Shown: positions 25,853 through 34,568 of the stretch, piece after piece
Numbering within the stretch: position 1 is the first letter of the stretch
Layout of the letters: each line of letters starts with the position of its first letter
Assembly (NCBI GenBank): GCA_016713135.1
Contig: JADJPR010000015.1
Location: 29,080-93,079 of the forward strand
Direction of reading: 5' to 3'
DNA: 64,000 nucleotides
DNA from: Rhodanobacteraceae bacterium
Lineage (GTDB): Bacteria > Pseudomonadota > Gammaproteobacteria > Xanthomonadales > SZUA-5
Translations under genes and position numbers: made by a program
The notes under the pieces: model-generated
What the model was told of the DNA's origin: nothing
The model's database searches: none
The model's input: the letters and a program-made list of their open reading frames with translations, nothing else

Positions 25853-26563
25853 TTACTTCACTTCGATCAGCTTGATATCGAAGATCAGCGCCTGGTTCGG
25901 GCCGATCGGGCGCGGACCGCGATCGCCGTAGGCCATTTCTGGCGGCAGGAAGATCTGCCAGTGGTCGCCGACGCGCATCAGCGGCAGCACTTCCTGCCAG
26001 CCCTTCAGCACCTGGTCGACCTGGAACTTGGCCGGCACGCCGCGCGCGAAGGAGCTGTCGAACTCGAAACCGGTGATCAGCGAGCCGCGGTAGTGCACGG
26101 TCACTTCACTGGTCGCGGTCGGGCGGCTTCCGTTGCCTTCCTCGATCACGCGGTACTGGATGCCCGAGGGCAGCGCGACGATGCCCTTCTTGGCGCGGTT
26201 CTCGGCCATGAACTTGTCGCTCGCGGCCTTGTTGTCGGCGGCGAGCTTGTTGAACTTCGCTTCGGCCTCGCTGCGCAGCTTGTTTTCCAGCAGTTCCATC
26301 TGCTGGCCGAGTTGTTCGCGCGGATAGGCGACTTCCTTGCCGGCGAAGCCATCGCGCAGCGCGCGGATCACGCCTTCGACATCGATGTCGACGCCGCGTT
26401 CCTTGAGATCGGCGCCGAACTGGTAGCCGACCGCATAGCTCATCTTGGTCTTGTCCATCGCGACCGCCGGGGCGGCCGGCGCGGCGCTAGGGGCGGGGGT
26501 CTGCGCAACAGCGGACAGCGACAACACAGCAGCGGCAACCGCCGCCAACCCAGTGAATTTCAT
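25853..26563 (-). CDS. FkpA/Mip-type FKBP peptidyl-prolyl isomerase, periplasmic
   Basis: Signal peptide MKFTGLAAVAAAVLSLSAVAQ. N-terminal dimerisation helix region. C-terminal FKBP domain VTVHYRGSLITGFEFDSS...GWQEVLPLMRVGDHWQIFLPPEMAYG. Confidence 0.9.
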   Translation of the reverse strand: MKFTGLAAVAAAVLSLSAVAQTPAPSAAPAAPAVAMDKTKMSYAVGYQFGADLKERGVDIDVEGVIRALRDGFAGKEVAYPREQLGQQMELLENKLRSEAEAKFNKLAADNKAASDKFMAENRAKKGIVALPSGIQYRVIEEGNGSRPTATSEVTVHYRGSLITGFEFDSSFARGVPAKFQVDQVLKGWQEVLPLMRVGDHWQIFLPPEMAYGDRGPRPIGPNQALIFDIKLIEVK

Positions 26564-26843
26564 CTAAACCTCCAAATGGAGCGGGATTTGCGACTGCACG
26601 GGGCTCACGGGCCGCCGAGTCTGTCGCGCTTTGAGGGGCGCGCGGATTCTAAGGGAAGCTTCCGGCCAGCGTCACCCGGATCGTTGCGCGCGGGCGATGT
26701 CGTTCAGGTCCGCCTCGCAGGCTTGCTCGCCCGGGTGACCGGATGGCGAGTTCTGCACAATCGTGGCGAGGCTCGCCACCGGGGGTTCGTGGCGGGTACG
26801 GATCGTCGGCAGTGACATCAATCAAATCAATTACTTAGACCGT

Positions 26844-26859
26844 TGGCACGGGACTTGGA
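26844..26859 (+). promoter_or_regulatory. Sigma-54 (-24/-12) promoter of pspA
   Basis: TGGCAC-gggac-TTGGA at 26844-26859, about 49 nt upstream of the pspA ATG. Same form as the E. coli pspA promoter (TGGCAC-N5-TTGTA). Confidence 0.7.
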
Positions 26860-26907
26860 ATGGGTCAATCACCCGCAAGGGGCATGAATCCACGAGGAGA
26901 TAGCAAC

Positions 26908-27577
26908 ATGGGTGTCTTTTCCCGCCTGTCCGACATCATCAACGCGAACCTCAATTCGCTGCTCGACAAGGCCGAGGATCCCGAAAAGATCGTCCGCCTG
27001 ATGATCCAGGAAATGGAAGATACGTTGGTCGAAGTGCGCACGGCGGCGGCCAAGGTGATTGCCGAACGCAAGGAGCGCGAGCGCCAGCTCGGCGTGCTCG
27101 ACCAGGAACAGCGCGACTGGGAACACAAGGCGGAACTCGCCTTGCGCAAGGATCGCGAGGACCTGGCGAAGGCCGCGCTCTCGCACCGCGCTGCACTGGC
27201 CGACCAGGCCAAGGCGGTCGCTGGCGACCTCGAGCGTGCTCGGCGACAACCTGGCCAAGCTCAATGACGACATCGCCAAGCTCCAGGCCAAGCTGCAGGA
27301 CGCCAAGGCACGCCAGCGCACCATCGTGATCCGCGCGCAGAACGCGCAGACCTCGCTGAAGGCGCGCACGCAGATCCACTCGGCCAAGATCGACGACATG
27401 CTGAACCGCTTCGACTATGCCGAACGGCGCATTGACGCGGTCGAGGCGCAGGCGGAGGCTCTGGATCTGGGCCGCGCGAAGACCCTGAACCAGGCCTTTG
27501 CGGACCTGGAGTCGGAGGAGCGCATCAAGGCCGAGCTGGAAGCGCTGAAAGCCCGTGTCAACCAGCCTAAGGGGTAA
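26908..27577 (+). pseudogene. pspA: Phage shock protein A, reading frame broken by a 1-nt insertion near 27235
   Basis: MGVFSRLSDIINANLNSLLDKAEDPEKIVRLMIQEMEDTLVEVR is collinear with E. coli PspA. Frame 1 stops at 27267, while the homologous C-terminal half (VLGDNLAKLNDDIAKLQAKLQDAKARQRT...) continues in frame 2 to 27577. Removing one nt gives 669 nt, that is 222 aa, the length of E. coli PspA. Confidence 0.85.
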
Positions 27578-27582
27578 GCACG

Positions 27583-27813
27583 ATGTGGGCGGCACTTGAG
27601 GTACCGCTGATCGTCTTCATGGTGGTGGTGCTGCCGGTGTGGCTGGTGCTGCACTATCGCAGCAAGCGGCCAGCGGCGCCGCCGACGACGGCGGTCAACA
27701 CGGACGGCGACATCGCGGAGCTGTGGCAGACCGCGCGTCGCATGGAAGAGCGCATCCGGACGCTGGAACGCATCCTGGATGCCGACACCCCCAACTGGCG
27801 AGGTCGCACATGA
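27583..27813 (+). CDS. pspB: Phage shock protein B
   Basis: 76 aa with an N-terminal TM helix, then RRMEERIRTLERILDADTPNWR (compare E. coli KRMRERIQALESILDAEHPNWR). Confidence 0.9.
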   Translation: MWAALEVPLIVFMVVVLPVWLVLHYRSKRPAAPPTTAVNTDGDIAELWQTARRMEERIRTLERILDADTPNWRGRT

Positions 27814-28277
27814 GCCGCAGTCATCGATTCGGGTATCAGTACGCCGGCGGTTGCCACTGGAATGGAGCAGCATCGATGAACGACCGATTCAGTCCCGGCC
27901 CGCGCCTGTACCGGGATGTGGACCACCGCTGGATCGCCGGTGTGTTGGCGGGTGCGGCGACGCACTTCGGCTGGAACCTGACCGCGCTGCGCATGGTCAC
28001 GATGATCGCCTGCCTGACGCCGATCGTGCCGGTGGTGATGGTGGGGTACATCCTGTGTGCGCTGTTCCTGCCGCCACGCACGGCATTCGATGGGGCGGTC
28101 CCGCCGCCGCCGCCGGGTGCCGCCAGCGACTGGCAGCCGGCGCCCCCGGCGCATGTGACCGCCAGCGAACTGCGCTACCGCATCCGTGAGATGGAAGACC
28201 GGCTGCGTGCGATGGAGGCCTATGTCACCAGCAGCAAGTACGAAATCGACCGCGAACTGAAGCGCGGTCCGCTCTGA
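27810..28277 (+). CDS. pspC: Phage shock protein C
   Basis: LYRDVDHRWIAGVLAGAATHFG (PspC domain), a TM helix, and a C-terminal RIREMEDRLRAMEAYVTS leucine-zipper region. ATGA overlap with pspB; ATG 27876 is an alternative start. Confidence 0.85.
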   Translation: MSRSHRFGYQYAGGCHWNGAASMNDRFSPGPRLYRDVDHRWIAGVLAGAATHFGWNLTALRMVTMIACLTPIVPVVMVGYILCALFLPPRTAFDGAVPPPPPGAASDWQPAPPAHVTASELRYRIREMEDRLRAMEAYVTSSKYEIDRELKRGPL

Positions 28278-28337
28278 GCATCGGCGGCTGCCGTGAAACG
28301 CCCTGGCGCGAATCCCGGTTCCGGTGTCGCAATGACG

Positions 28338-28362
28338 AAGGCCCGCGTTCGCGGGCCTTTGG
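28338..28362. terminator. Bidirectional hairpin terminator between pspC and the convergent lipoprotein gene
   Basis: aaggcccgc-gttc-gcgggcctt followed by ttgg on the + strand. Embedded in a longer imperfect palindrome, 28329-28369. Confidence 0.65.
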
Positions 28363-28374
28363 TCATTGCTGCGA

Positions 28375-29103
28375 TCAGCGCCGCGGGAATTCCTGAGACC
28401 AGTCAGGCACCTGCACCTTGGGCAATTGCACGGGTTCATCGTGTCTGGTGAAGCTGACGCGCAACTGTTCGCCGCTCTGCAATCTTGCCTCCAGTTTGAT
28501 CAGTCGTGAGTTCTCCTCGTCGATGCATACGCCGAGCAGGCTGAAGCGCGTCATCAGTTGCGGCCGCAGGCTCAGGTTCACGGTGCGCGGCTGGCAGGTG
28601 CCTCCGGGGACGATTTCCGGCGCGGCCTTGTCGGCGCTCAACACGTCCTCGGCCTGCGGCAACATGGCCAGTGTATCGGCCAGCAGTGCCAGCGAACTCT
28701 GGACCAGCGGGCTCTGGTCGTACCCCGCGGCCGACTCCCGGAACCAGCGCCCGTTTTGCAGCACCCAGTTGCCGTCATGGTCGGCACTCGGCTTGGGCAG
28801 TGTCCGCACGCCGAAGGAAAAGCCCTGGCCGGCCCCCGTGCCTGTCGCGTACTCGCTGCCGCCGTCGGCGAGGGTCATCTCGCTTTCGAAGGCGTAACTA
28901 CCGCCACTGGTGAGCGTCCGGACCGCGCGCTCATAGGGTGTGCTGATTTTCGCCGGCGGCGGGGGCGCGCGCCGGGATCCAGCGTCGGCAGCGGGCGTTG
29001 CCGCCTCGGGCTCTGGCTGCGCGACCTCGGGTTCATCACTGCATGCCGCGAGGGCGGTGCACAGGGCCAGGGGCAACATCAAACGCGGTACGGTCATTGA
29101 CAT
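28375..29103 (-). CDS. Hypothetical lipoprotein
   Basis: ATG 29103 gives MSMTVPRLMLPLALCTALAACSDE (lipobox), then a Pro/Ala-rich linker. No recognised family. Confidence 0.65.
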   Translation of the reverse strand: MSMTVPRLMLPLALCTALAACSDEPEVAQPEPEAATPAADAGSRRAPPPPAKISTPYERAVRTLTSGGSYAFESEMTLADGGSEYATGTGAGQGFSFGVRTLPKPSADHDGNWVLQNGRWFRESAAGYDQSPLVQSSLALLADTLAMLPQAEDVLSADKAAPEIVPGGTCQPRTVNLSLRPQLMTRFSLLGVCIDEENSRLIKLEARLQSGEQLRVSFTRHDEPVQLPKVQVPDWSQEFPRR

Positions 29104-29172
29104 GCGTGATTGCTCGGACTTCGGGATATGGCGCCTCAGACCGCAAAAGCGCGCCGGTGTTCCCGATGGCAT

Positions 29173-30048
29173 TCACAGATCGACCGCGCCGCGTATCAGC
29201 GCGCAGCAGCGCCCGCCGATGTGCACCCGCCCGGCAGCGTGACGAACGTGCACTTCGCCCGCGCGACCCACGGCATGGCCTTGACTCGCCGAGTAGCGCC
29301 CACCGAACGCGGCCAGGCGATTCTGCGCGGCCAGCCAGTCGCCCACTGCGGCCTGGGCGCTCCCGGTGACTGGATCCTCGGGCACGCCGGTGGCGGGCGC
29401 GAAGGCGCGCAGTTCCAGCGGCACCGGCAGGTTCGGTTCGAAGGAGAACACCGCCAGGCCCTCGACCTTGAGCGAGCGGCTCAGCGTGGCGATCAGTTCG
29501 AGGTCCGGGACGATCGCGCGTACCTGCGCGCGACTGGCCAGTTCCAGCAGCACCCAGCGGGCACCCAGGTCCGACAGCACCGGGCGCTCGCCGACGCCCG
29601 CGCCGACGCCGCCGATGGCACGCGGCAGCGCCTCGATGATTTCCGGTGGCAGCGCACTGCGCCGTGGCAGCGGCGCCTGCACCGAGACCACCCGCTGGTT
29701 GCCCTCGCCATCGACATGCACGTCGAGCAGACCCGCGCCGCACTGCTGCACCAGTTGGCCGTGGGCGTCCGGCTTGACCAGTCCGGCGTCGAGCAATGCC
29801 CAAGCCGTGCCGACACTCGGATGGCCGGCGAACGGCAGTTCCGCCATCGGCGTGTAGATGCGCACCTGGTAACTCGCGCCTGGCGCATCCGGCCGCAGCA
29901 CGAAAGTCGTCTCCGACAAATTGGTCCAGCGCGCGAAGCGCTGCATCGCCGCCGGATCCATGCCGTTGGCATCCAGCACCACCGCGAGCGGATTGCCGTA
30001 CATCGGCACCGCGGTGAACACATCGACCTGGACAAAGGGACGCAGCAT
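29173..30048 (-). CDS. PhzF-family isomerase/epimerase-like protein
   Basis: MLRPFVQVDVFTAVPMYGNPLAVVLDANG...TNLSETTFV...FAGHPSVGTA is the PhzF family signature. About 291 aa. Confidence 0.85.
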   Translation of the reverse strand: MLRPFVQVDVFTAVPMYGNPLAVVLDANGMDPAAMQRFARWTNLSETTFVLRPDAPGASYQVRIYTPMAELPFAGHPSVGTAWALLDAGLVKPDAHGQLVQQCGAGLLDVHVDGEGNQRVVSVQAPLPRRSALPPEIIEALPRAIGGVGAGVGERPVLSDLGARWVLLELASRAQVRAIVPDLELIATLSRSLKVEGLAVFSFEPNLPVPLELRAFAPATGVPEDPVTGSAQAAVGDWLAAQNRLAAFGGRYSASQGHAVGRAGEVHVRHAAGRVHIGGRCCALIRGAVDL

Positions 30049-30110
30049 GGTAGCGGCTCCGGACACGGCCGTTCAGGCTCGCGCGTTGAGGCGTCAGGCG
30101 CAAGTGCTGG

Positions 30111-30325
30111 GGTGGAGCAGGTGAAGCGGGGGAGGTGAAGCGGGGGGCGGGGGGAGGTGGAGCGGGGCGGGGGTGCTGTTGTGGGGAAATGGCGGGGCGG
30201 TTTCGTGGGTCGCCCTCGACGCGCCTGGGGTCATCCACGGAGACCGGTGCCTTTCCCCTTGCCCCTCGCCCCGCTTCATCTCTCCCCGCCCTTGCATTTT
30301 CCGCACCCCGCTTCATCTCCCCCGC
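30111..30325. repeat. Element C1: (GGTGAAGCGGGGGA)n arm, core, (TCCCCCGCTTCATC)-type arm
   Basis: Left arm 30111-30173 ggtggagcaggtgaagcgggggaggtgaagcgggggg.... Right arm 30255-30325 contains ccccgcttcatctc twice. Lies between the divergent phzF-like and lysC/lysA genes. Confidence 0.85.
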
Positions 30326-30452
30326 TTTTGGGCCTCATGCTGCACCGCCACACAAGCATGGTCGAAGTTTCATATCGAACGCCACTGAGAAGCCATTTCC
30401 GATCTCGCAAGCTCTTGCTGCAGTGCGCTAAGGTTGGCGTCCCTTGACGGGC

Positions 30453-33059
30453 ATGAACGAGGTCGCGGCGGTCACCATGCGCTGGATAGTCCTGAAGTTC
30501 GGCGGCACAAGTGTGTCGCGGCGGCATCGCTGGGAGAACATCGGCCGCCTGATGCGCGAGCGCCAGCAGCTTGGCGTGGGCGTGGTCACCGTGGTCTCGG
30601 CACTGTCGGGGGTCACCGACGCGCTCAAGGCACTGATCGCGCTGCACGGCGATCCGGCCGCCATGGCCGCGGCGGGCGAGGCGCTGATCGAGCGCCACCT
30701 GGCCTTCGCGCGGGATCTCGACGTCGCACCCGAAGTGCTCAACCATCGCGTCGCGGAGCTGCGCCGGCTGGTCGGCGATGTGCGTGCCGCGGCTGGCGGA
30801 CACGCCTGGCAGGCCGAAGTGCAGGCGCAGGGCGAGTTGTGGTCGAGCACTTTGGGCGCGCACTTCCTCGCGGGCCTTGGGATGGCGGTCAAATGGCTGG
30901 ATGCGCGCGATTACCTCACCAGCCGCGAGCAGGCGCTCGCCACCGAGTGGTCGCGCTACCAGAGCGCGATCTGCGAGCCGCGCCCGAGCCCGGCGGTGCG
31001 GCAGGACCTGGCCGCGCGCGGACAGATGTTCATCACCCAGGGCTTCATCGCGCGCCAGCCGGGCGGCGACACCGTGCTGCTCGGGCGCGGCGGCTCGGAC
31101 ACGTCCGCCAGCTACTTCGGTGCGCTGCTCGGCGCCGAGCGGGTGGAAATCTGGACCGATGTGCCGGGCATGTTCAGCGCCAACCCCAAGCAAGTACCGG
31201 ATGCACGCCTGTTGCGCCGGCTGGACTACGACGAGGCACAGGAAATCGCCACCACCGGCGCCAAGGTGCTGCATCCGCGCGCCATCGGCCCGGTGCGCGA
31301 GGTCAAGGTGCCACTGTGGATCAAGGACACCGAACGGCCCGAGTTGCCGGGCACCGAGATCGTCGCCGAGGCCGCCGGTGGCGCGCCCAGCATCAAGGCG
31401 ATCTCGCTGCGCAACGGCATCACCCTGGTGTCGATGGAATCGATCGGCATGTGGCAGCAGGTGGGCTTCCTCGCCGATGTGTTCGCCTGCTTCAAACAGC
31501 ACGGCCTGTCGGTGGACCTGATCGGCTCGGCTGAAACCAATGTCACGGTGTCGCTGGACCCGAGTGACAACCTGCTCGACGCCGGCACCCTGGACGCGCT
31601 GTGCCGCGACCTGGCGCGCGTCTGCCGCGTGCGCGTGATCGCGCCCTGCGCGGCGGTGACCCTGGTTGGCCGCGGCATGCGCGGGATGATGCACCGGCTG
31701 TCGGAGATCCTCGCCGAGATCGGCGCGCGCCGGGTGCACCTGGTGTCGCAGTCGTCCAACAACCTGAATCTTACCTTCGTCATCGATGCCGCCGACGCCG
31801 ACGGCGTGGTCCCCGCGCTGCACGCGCACCTGGTGCGCGAGGGCCTGACCGGCGCCGACGGTGACCCGGTGTTCGGCCCCTCCTGGCGTGCGCTGGAGCG
31901 CGTGCCGGAGCCGCCGCCGGTGCGCTGGTGGGAAAGCGCGCGGGCGGCGCTTCTGGCGCGCGCGCAGGCGCTGCCGACGCCGTGTTATGTCTACGCCGGC
32001 AGCATGCTGCGCGCCCGCGCAGCCGACCTGCTCGGACTCAAGTCGGTCGATCGCCGCTACTACGCGCTCAAGGCCAATCCACATCGGGAGATCCTGCGCA
32101 CACTCGCTGGACTCGGCTTCGGCATGGAGTGCGTGTCGCTCGGCGAACTGGACCATGTGCAGGCCACGCTGCCGGACCTGCCGCCGGAGCGCGTGCTGTT
32201 CACGCCGAATTTCGCGCCACGCGCCGAATACGCCGCAGCGCTGGCGCGCGGCGTGCGCGTGACGGTCGACAACCTGTCGCTGCTGGAGCGCTGGCCGGAG
32301 CTGTTTGTGGGGCGCGAGATCCTGCTGCGCTTCGACCTCGGCCGCGGTCTCGGCCACCACGACAAGGTCAAGACCGGCGGCGAGAAGAGCAAGTTCGGCA
32401 TTGCCGTGGCCGAGGTTGCCGCCGCCGCGCGCCTGGCGGCCGCCTGCGATGCGCAGGTGATCGGGCTGCATGCGCACCTCGGCAGCGGGATCTTCGACAT
32501 CGCGCACTGGAAGACGGTCTACGCCGACCTCGCCGGACTCGCGGATCGCTTCCCGGCAGTGCAGGCGCTCGACATCGGTGGCGGCCTGGGCGTGCCGCAC
32601 GAGCCGGGCGAACAGCCGCTCGCGCTGGCGGAACTGGATGCCGCGCTGGCTGGGGTCAAGTCGCTTTACCCGCGCTTCGAACTGTGGATCGAGCCCGGCC
32701 GCTACCTCGTCGCCGAGGCCGGCGTGGTGCTGACCCGCGTGACTCAGACCAAGCGCAAGAGTGGGGTGCAGTTCGTCGGTGTCGACGCCGGCATGCACAC
32801 CCTGCTGCGCCCGGCGCTGTACGACGCCTGGCACGAGATCGTCGACCTGAGCCGTCACGGCCAGCCAACTGGTGGCCGCTGGCAGGTCGTCGGCCCGATC
32901 TGCGAATCCGGCGACATCCTCGGCCGCGACCGCGCTCTGCCGGAGCCGCAGGAGGGCGATTTGATGCTGATCGCCAACGCCGGCGCCTACGGTGCGTCGA
33001 TGGCATCGCGCTATAACCTGCGCGAGGCGGTGCGCGAGGAGTGGGTGGATGAGTTGTGA
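30453..33059 (+). CDS. Bifunctional aspartate kinase / diaminopimelate decarboxylase (LysC-LysA fusion)
   Basis: N-terminus MRWIVLKFGGTSV (aspartokinase). The C-terminal half has YYALKANPH...GMECVSLGE and GAYGASMASRYN, typical of PLP Orn/DAP/Arg decarboxylases. This fusion is characteristic of Xanthomonas-type genomes. Start is ATG 30453 or 30477. Confidence 0.9.
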   Translation: MNEVAAVTMRWIVLKFGGTSVSRRHRWENIGRLMRERQQLGVGVVTVVSALSGVTDALKALIALHGDPAAMAAAGEALIERHLAFARDLDVAPEVLNHRVAELRRLVGDVRAAAGGHAWQAEVQAQGELWSSTLGAHFLAGLGMAVKWLDARDYLTSREQALATEWSRYQSAICEPRPSPAVRQDLAARGQMFITQGFIARQPGGDTVLLGRGGSDTSASYFGALLGAERVEIWTDVPGMFSANPKQVPDARLLRRLDYDEAQEIATTGAKVLHPRAIGPVREVKVPLWIKDTERPELPGTEIVAEAAGGAPSIKAISLRNGITLVSMESIGMWQQVGFLADVFACFKQHGLSVDLIGSAETNVTVSLDPSDNLLDAGTLDALCRDLARVCRVRVIAPCAAVTLVGRGMRGMMHRLSEILAEIGARRVHLVSQSSNNLNLTFVIDAADADGVVPALHAHLVREGLTGADGDPVFGPSWRALERVPEPPPVRWWESARAALLARAQALPTPCYVYAGSMLRARAADLLGLKSVDRRYYALKANPHREILRTLAGLGFGMECVSLGELDHVQATLPDLPPERVLFTPNFAPRAEYAAALARGVRVTVDNLSLLERWPELFVGREILLRFDLGRGLGHHDKVKTGGEKSKFGIAVAEVAAAARLAAACDAQVIGLHAHLGSGIFDIAHWKTVYADLAGLADRFPAVQALDIGGGLGVPHEPGEQPLALAELDAALAGVKSLYPRFELWIEPGRYLVAEAGVVLTRVTQTKRKSGVQFVGVDAGMHTLLRPALYDAWHEIVDLSRHGQPTGGRWQVVGPICESGDILGRDRALPEPQEGDLMLIANAGAYGASMASRYNLREAVREEWVDEL

Positions 33060-33069
33060 GAAGCCAGGA

Positions 33070-33206
33070 GCGGGGCAGGGGGCAGGGGGCAAGGGGAATT
33101 GCCAAGGCTTCGGACATGCCCCGGATTCATGGCCGAGCGCCTCCATTCGCCCCAGTGGGGTTCGAGCCTTGAGGCAGCGGCCCCTGCCCCTTGCCCCTTG
33201 CCCCGC
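33070..33206. repeat. Family-B element B2
   Basis: Left arm gcggggcagggggcagggggcaagggga (33070-33097). Right arm cccctgccccttgccccttgccccgc (33181-33206). Fills the lysC/lysA to PP-loop intergenic gap. Confidence 0.9.
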
Positions 33207-33224
33207 CTTTCCGAGCCTCACGAC

Positions 33225-34565
33225 ATGACCCAACCCCGCCCCACCGCCACGACCTTCCGCCTGACCGACTGCCGTTACGCCGACGGAGAGGTGTTGCTCG
33301 GCTATGCCTTCGACGATGGCGCCACGATGTTCGAGCGCATCCGCTTCCCTGGCGCGCCGGCGGCGGTGCCGGCGGGGCGCGAGGCGGCGTTCGCCCGGGC
33401 GCTGGCACTGCTGCACGGGATCGCGGGCGTCAGCTACTACAAGGCACTGGTCCCGGAGCGTATCGAAGTGGCCGGTGAGGCTTTCGATCCGGCGCTGGCG
33501 ACGCTGCTGGACGAGGTCTGGCTGCATGGCCTTGGCGAGTTCGCGCATCACAACGGCCTGGACTTGCGCGGGCGGATCCGCTTCCCGCATGGCGCGGAAC
33601 CAGCACCCGCGGCAGCTGCGCTTGGCCTGCCGCGGCGCGCGCTGGTGCCGATCGGTGGCGGCAAGGATTCGCTGGTCAGCATCGAGACGCTCAAGCGCGC
33701 GGGCGATCCGGTCGCGGTGGTGTGGATCGGCCGCAGCGAACTGATCCGCGCCTGCGCCCAGGCCACCGGGCAGCCGCTGCTGAACATCGAGCGCGAGATC
33801 GCGCCGGAACTGTTCGAACTCAATCGCCGTGGCGCCTGGAACGGCCACATCCCGGTCACCGCGATCAACTCGGCGATCCTGACCCTGGCGGCGCTGCTCT
33901 ACGGCTACGACGAGATCGTGTTTTCCAACGAGGCTTCGGCGAGCGTCGGCAACCTCGTCAGCAACGAACTCGACATCAACCACCAGTGGAGCAAGGGCCT
34001 GCGCTTCGAGACCCTGTTCGCCGGCTACCTGCGCGACGCGGTAGCTGCCGACCTGCGCTACTACTCGCTGCTGCGGCCGTTCTCCGAACTGGCGGTGACC
34101 GAGCGTTTCGCCCGGTTGACCCGCTATCACGGGCTGTTTTCCAGCTGCAACCGCAATTTCCGCATCCTCGGCGACAAGCCCTCCTCGCGCTGGTGCGGCG
34201 AGTGTCCGAAATGCCGTTTCGTGTTCCTCGCGCTGGCGCCGTTCATGAGCAAGCCCGCGCTGCTGACGATCTTCGGCCGCAACCTGCTGGACGAGCCGGA
34301 GCAAGTGGCGGGTTTCGATGCGCTGCTCGAATTCGGCGCGGTCAAACCCTTCGAATGCGTGGGCGAGGGCCGCGAATCCCGCGCCGCGCTGCTCGCGCTG
34401 AGCCAGCGCGCCGACTGGCGCGAGGACGCTCTGGTGCGGCGCTTCGTCGACGAGGTGCTGCCGGCGATCGATCCCTCCGGGCTCGAGCTGCCGCCACTGC
34501 TGCGGCCTTCCGGAGAGCACCACGTTCCGGCGAGGCTGTGGGCGGCGCTGGGCCTGGAATCCTGA
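33225..34565 (+). CDS. PP-loop (GGGKDS) ATP-pyrophosphatase-superfamily protein of unknown specificity; possible MurL-like enzyme
   Basis: ATG 33225 (MTQPRPTATTF). ALVPIGGGKDSLVS resembles the SGGKDS PP-loop. CGECPKC motif near the C-terminus. 446 aa. Confidence 0.6.
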   Translation: MTQPRPTATTFRLTDCRYADGEVLLGYAFDDGATMFERIRFPGAPAAVPAGREAAFARALALLHGIAGVSYYKALVPERIEVAGEAFDPALATLLDEVWLHGLGEFAHHNGLDLRGRIRFPHGAEPAPAAAALGLPRRALVPIGGGKDSLVSIETLKRAGDPVAVVWIGRSELIRACAQATGQPLLNIEREIAPELFELNRRGAWNGHIPVTAINSAILTLAALLYGYDEIVFSNEASASVGNLVSNELDINHQWSKGLRFETLFAGYLRDAVAADLRYYSLLRPFSELAVTERFARLTRYHGLFSSCNRNFRILGDKPSSRWCGECPKCRFVFLALAPFMSKPALLTIFGRNLLDEPEQVAGFDALLEFGAVKPFECVGEGRESRAALLALSQRADWREDALVRRFVDEVLPAIDPSGLELPPLLRPSGEHHVPARLWAALGLES

Positions 34566-34568
34566 GCC

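Noticed and set aside
27226-27245. Programmed ribosomal frameshifting in pspA (and in the fadB-like gene at 41464)
   Set aside because: There is no slippery heptamer, no downstream stimulatory structure, and no precedent in these families. A simple 1-nt indel, either mutation or assembly error, explains both cases.
30326-30452. Lysine riboswitch upstream of the aspartokinase fusion
   Set aside because: Only about 125 nt remain after repeat C1, and none of the conserved L-box segments is recognisable.
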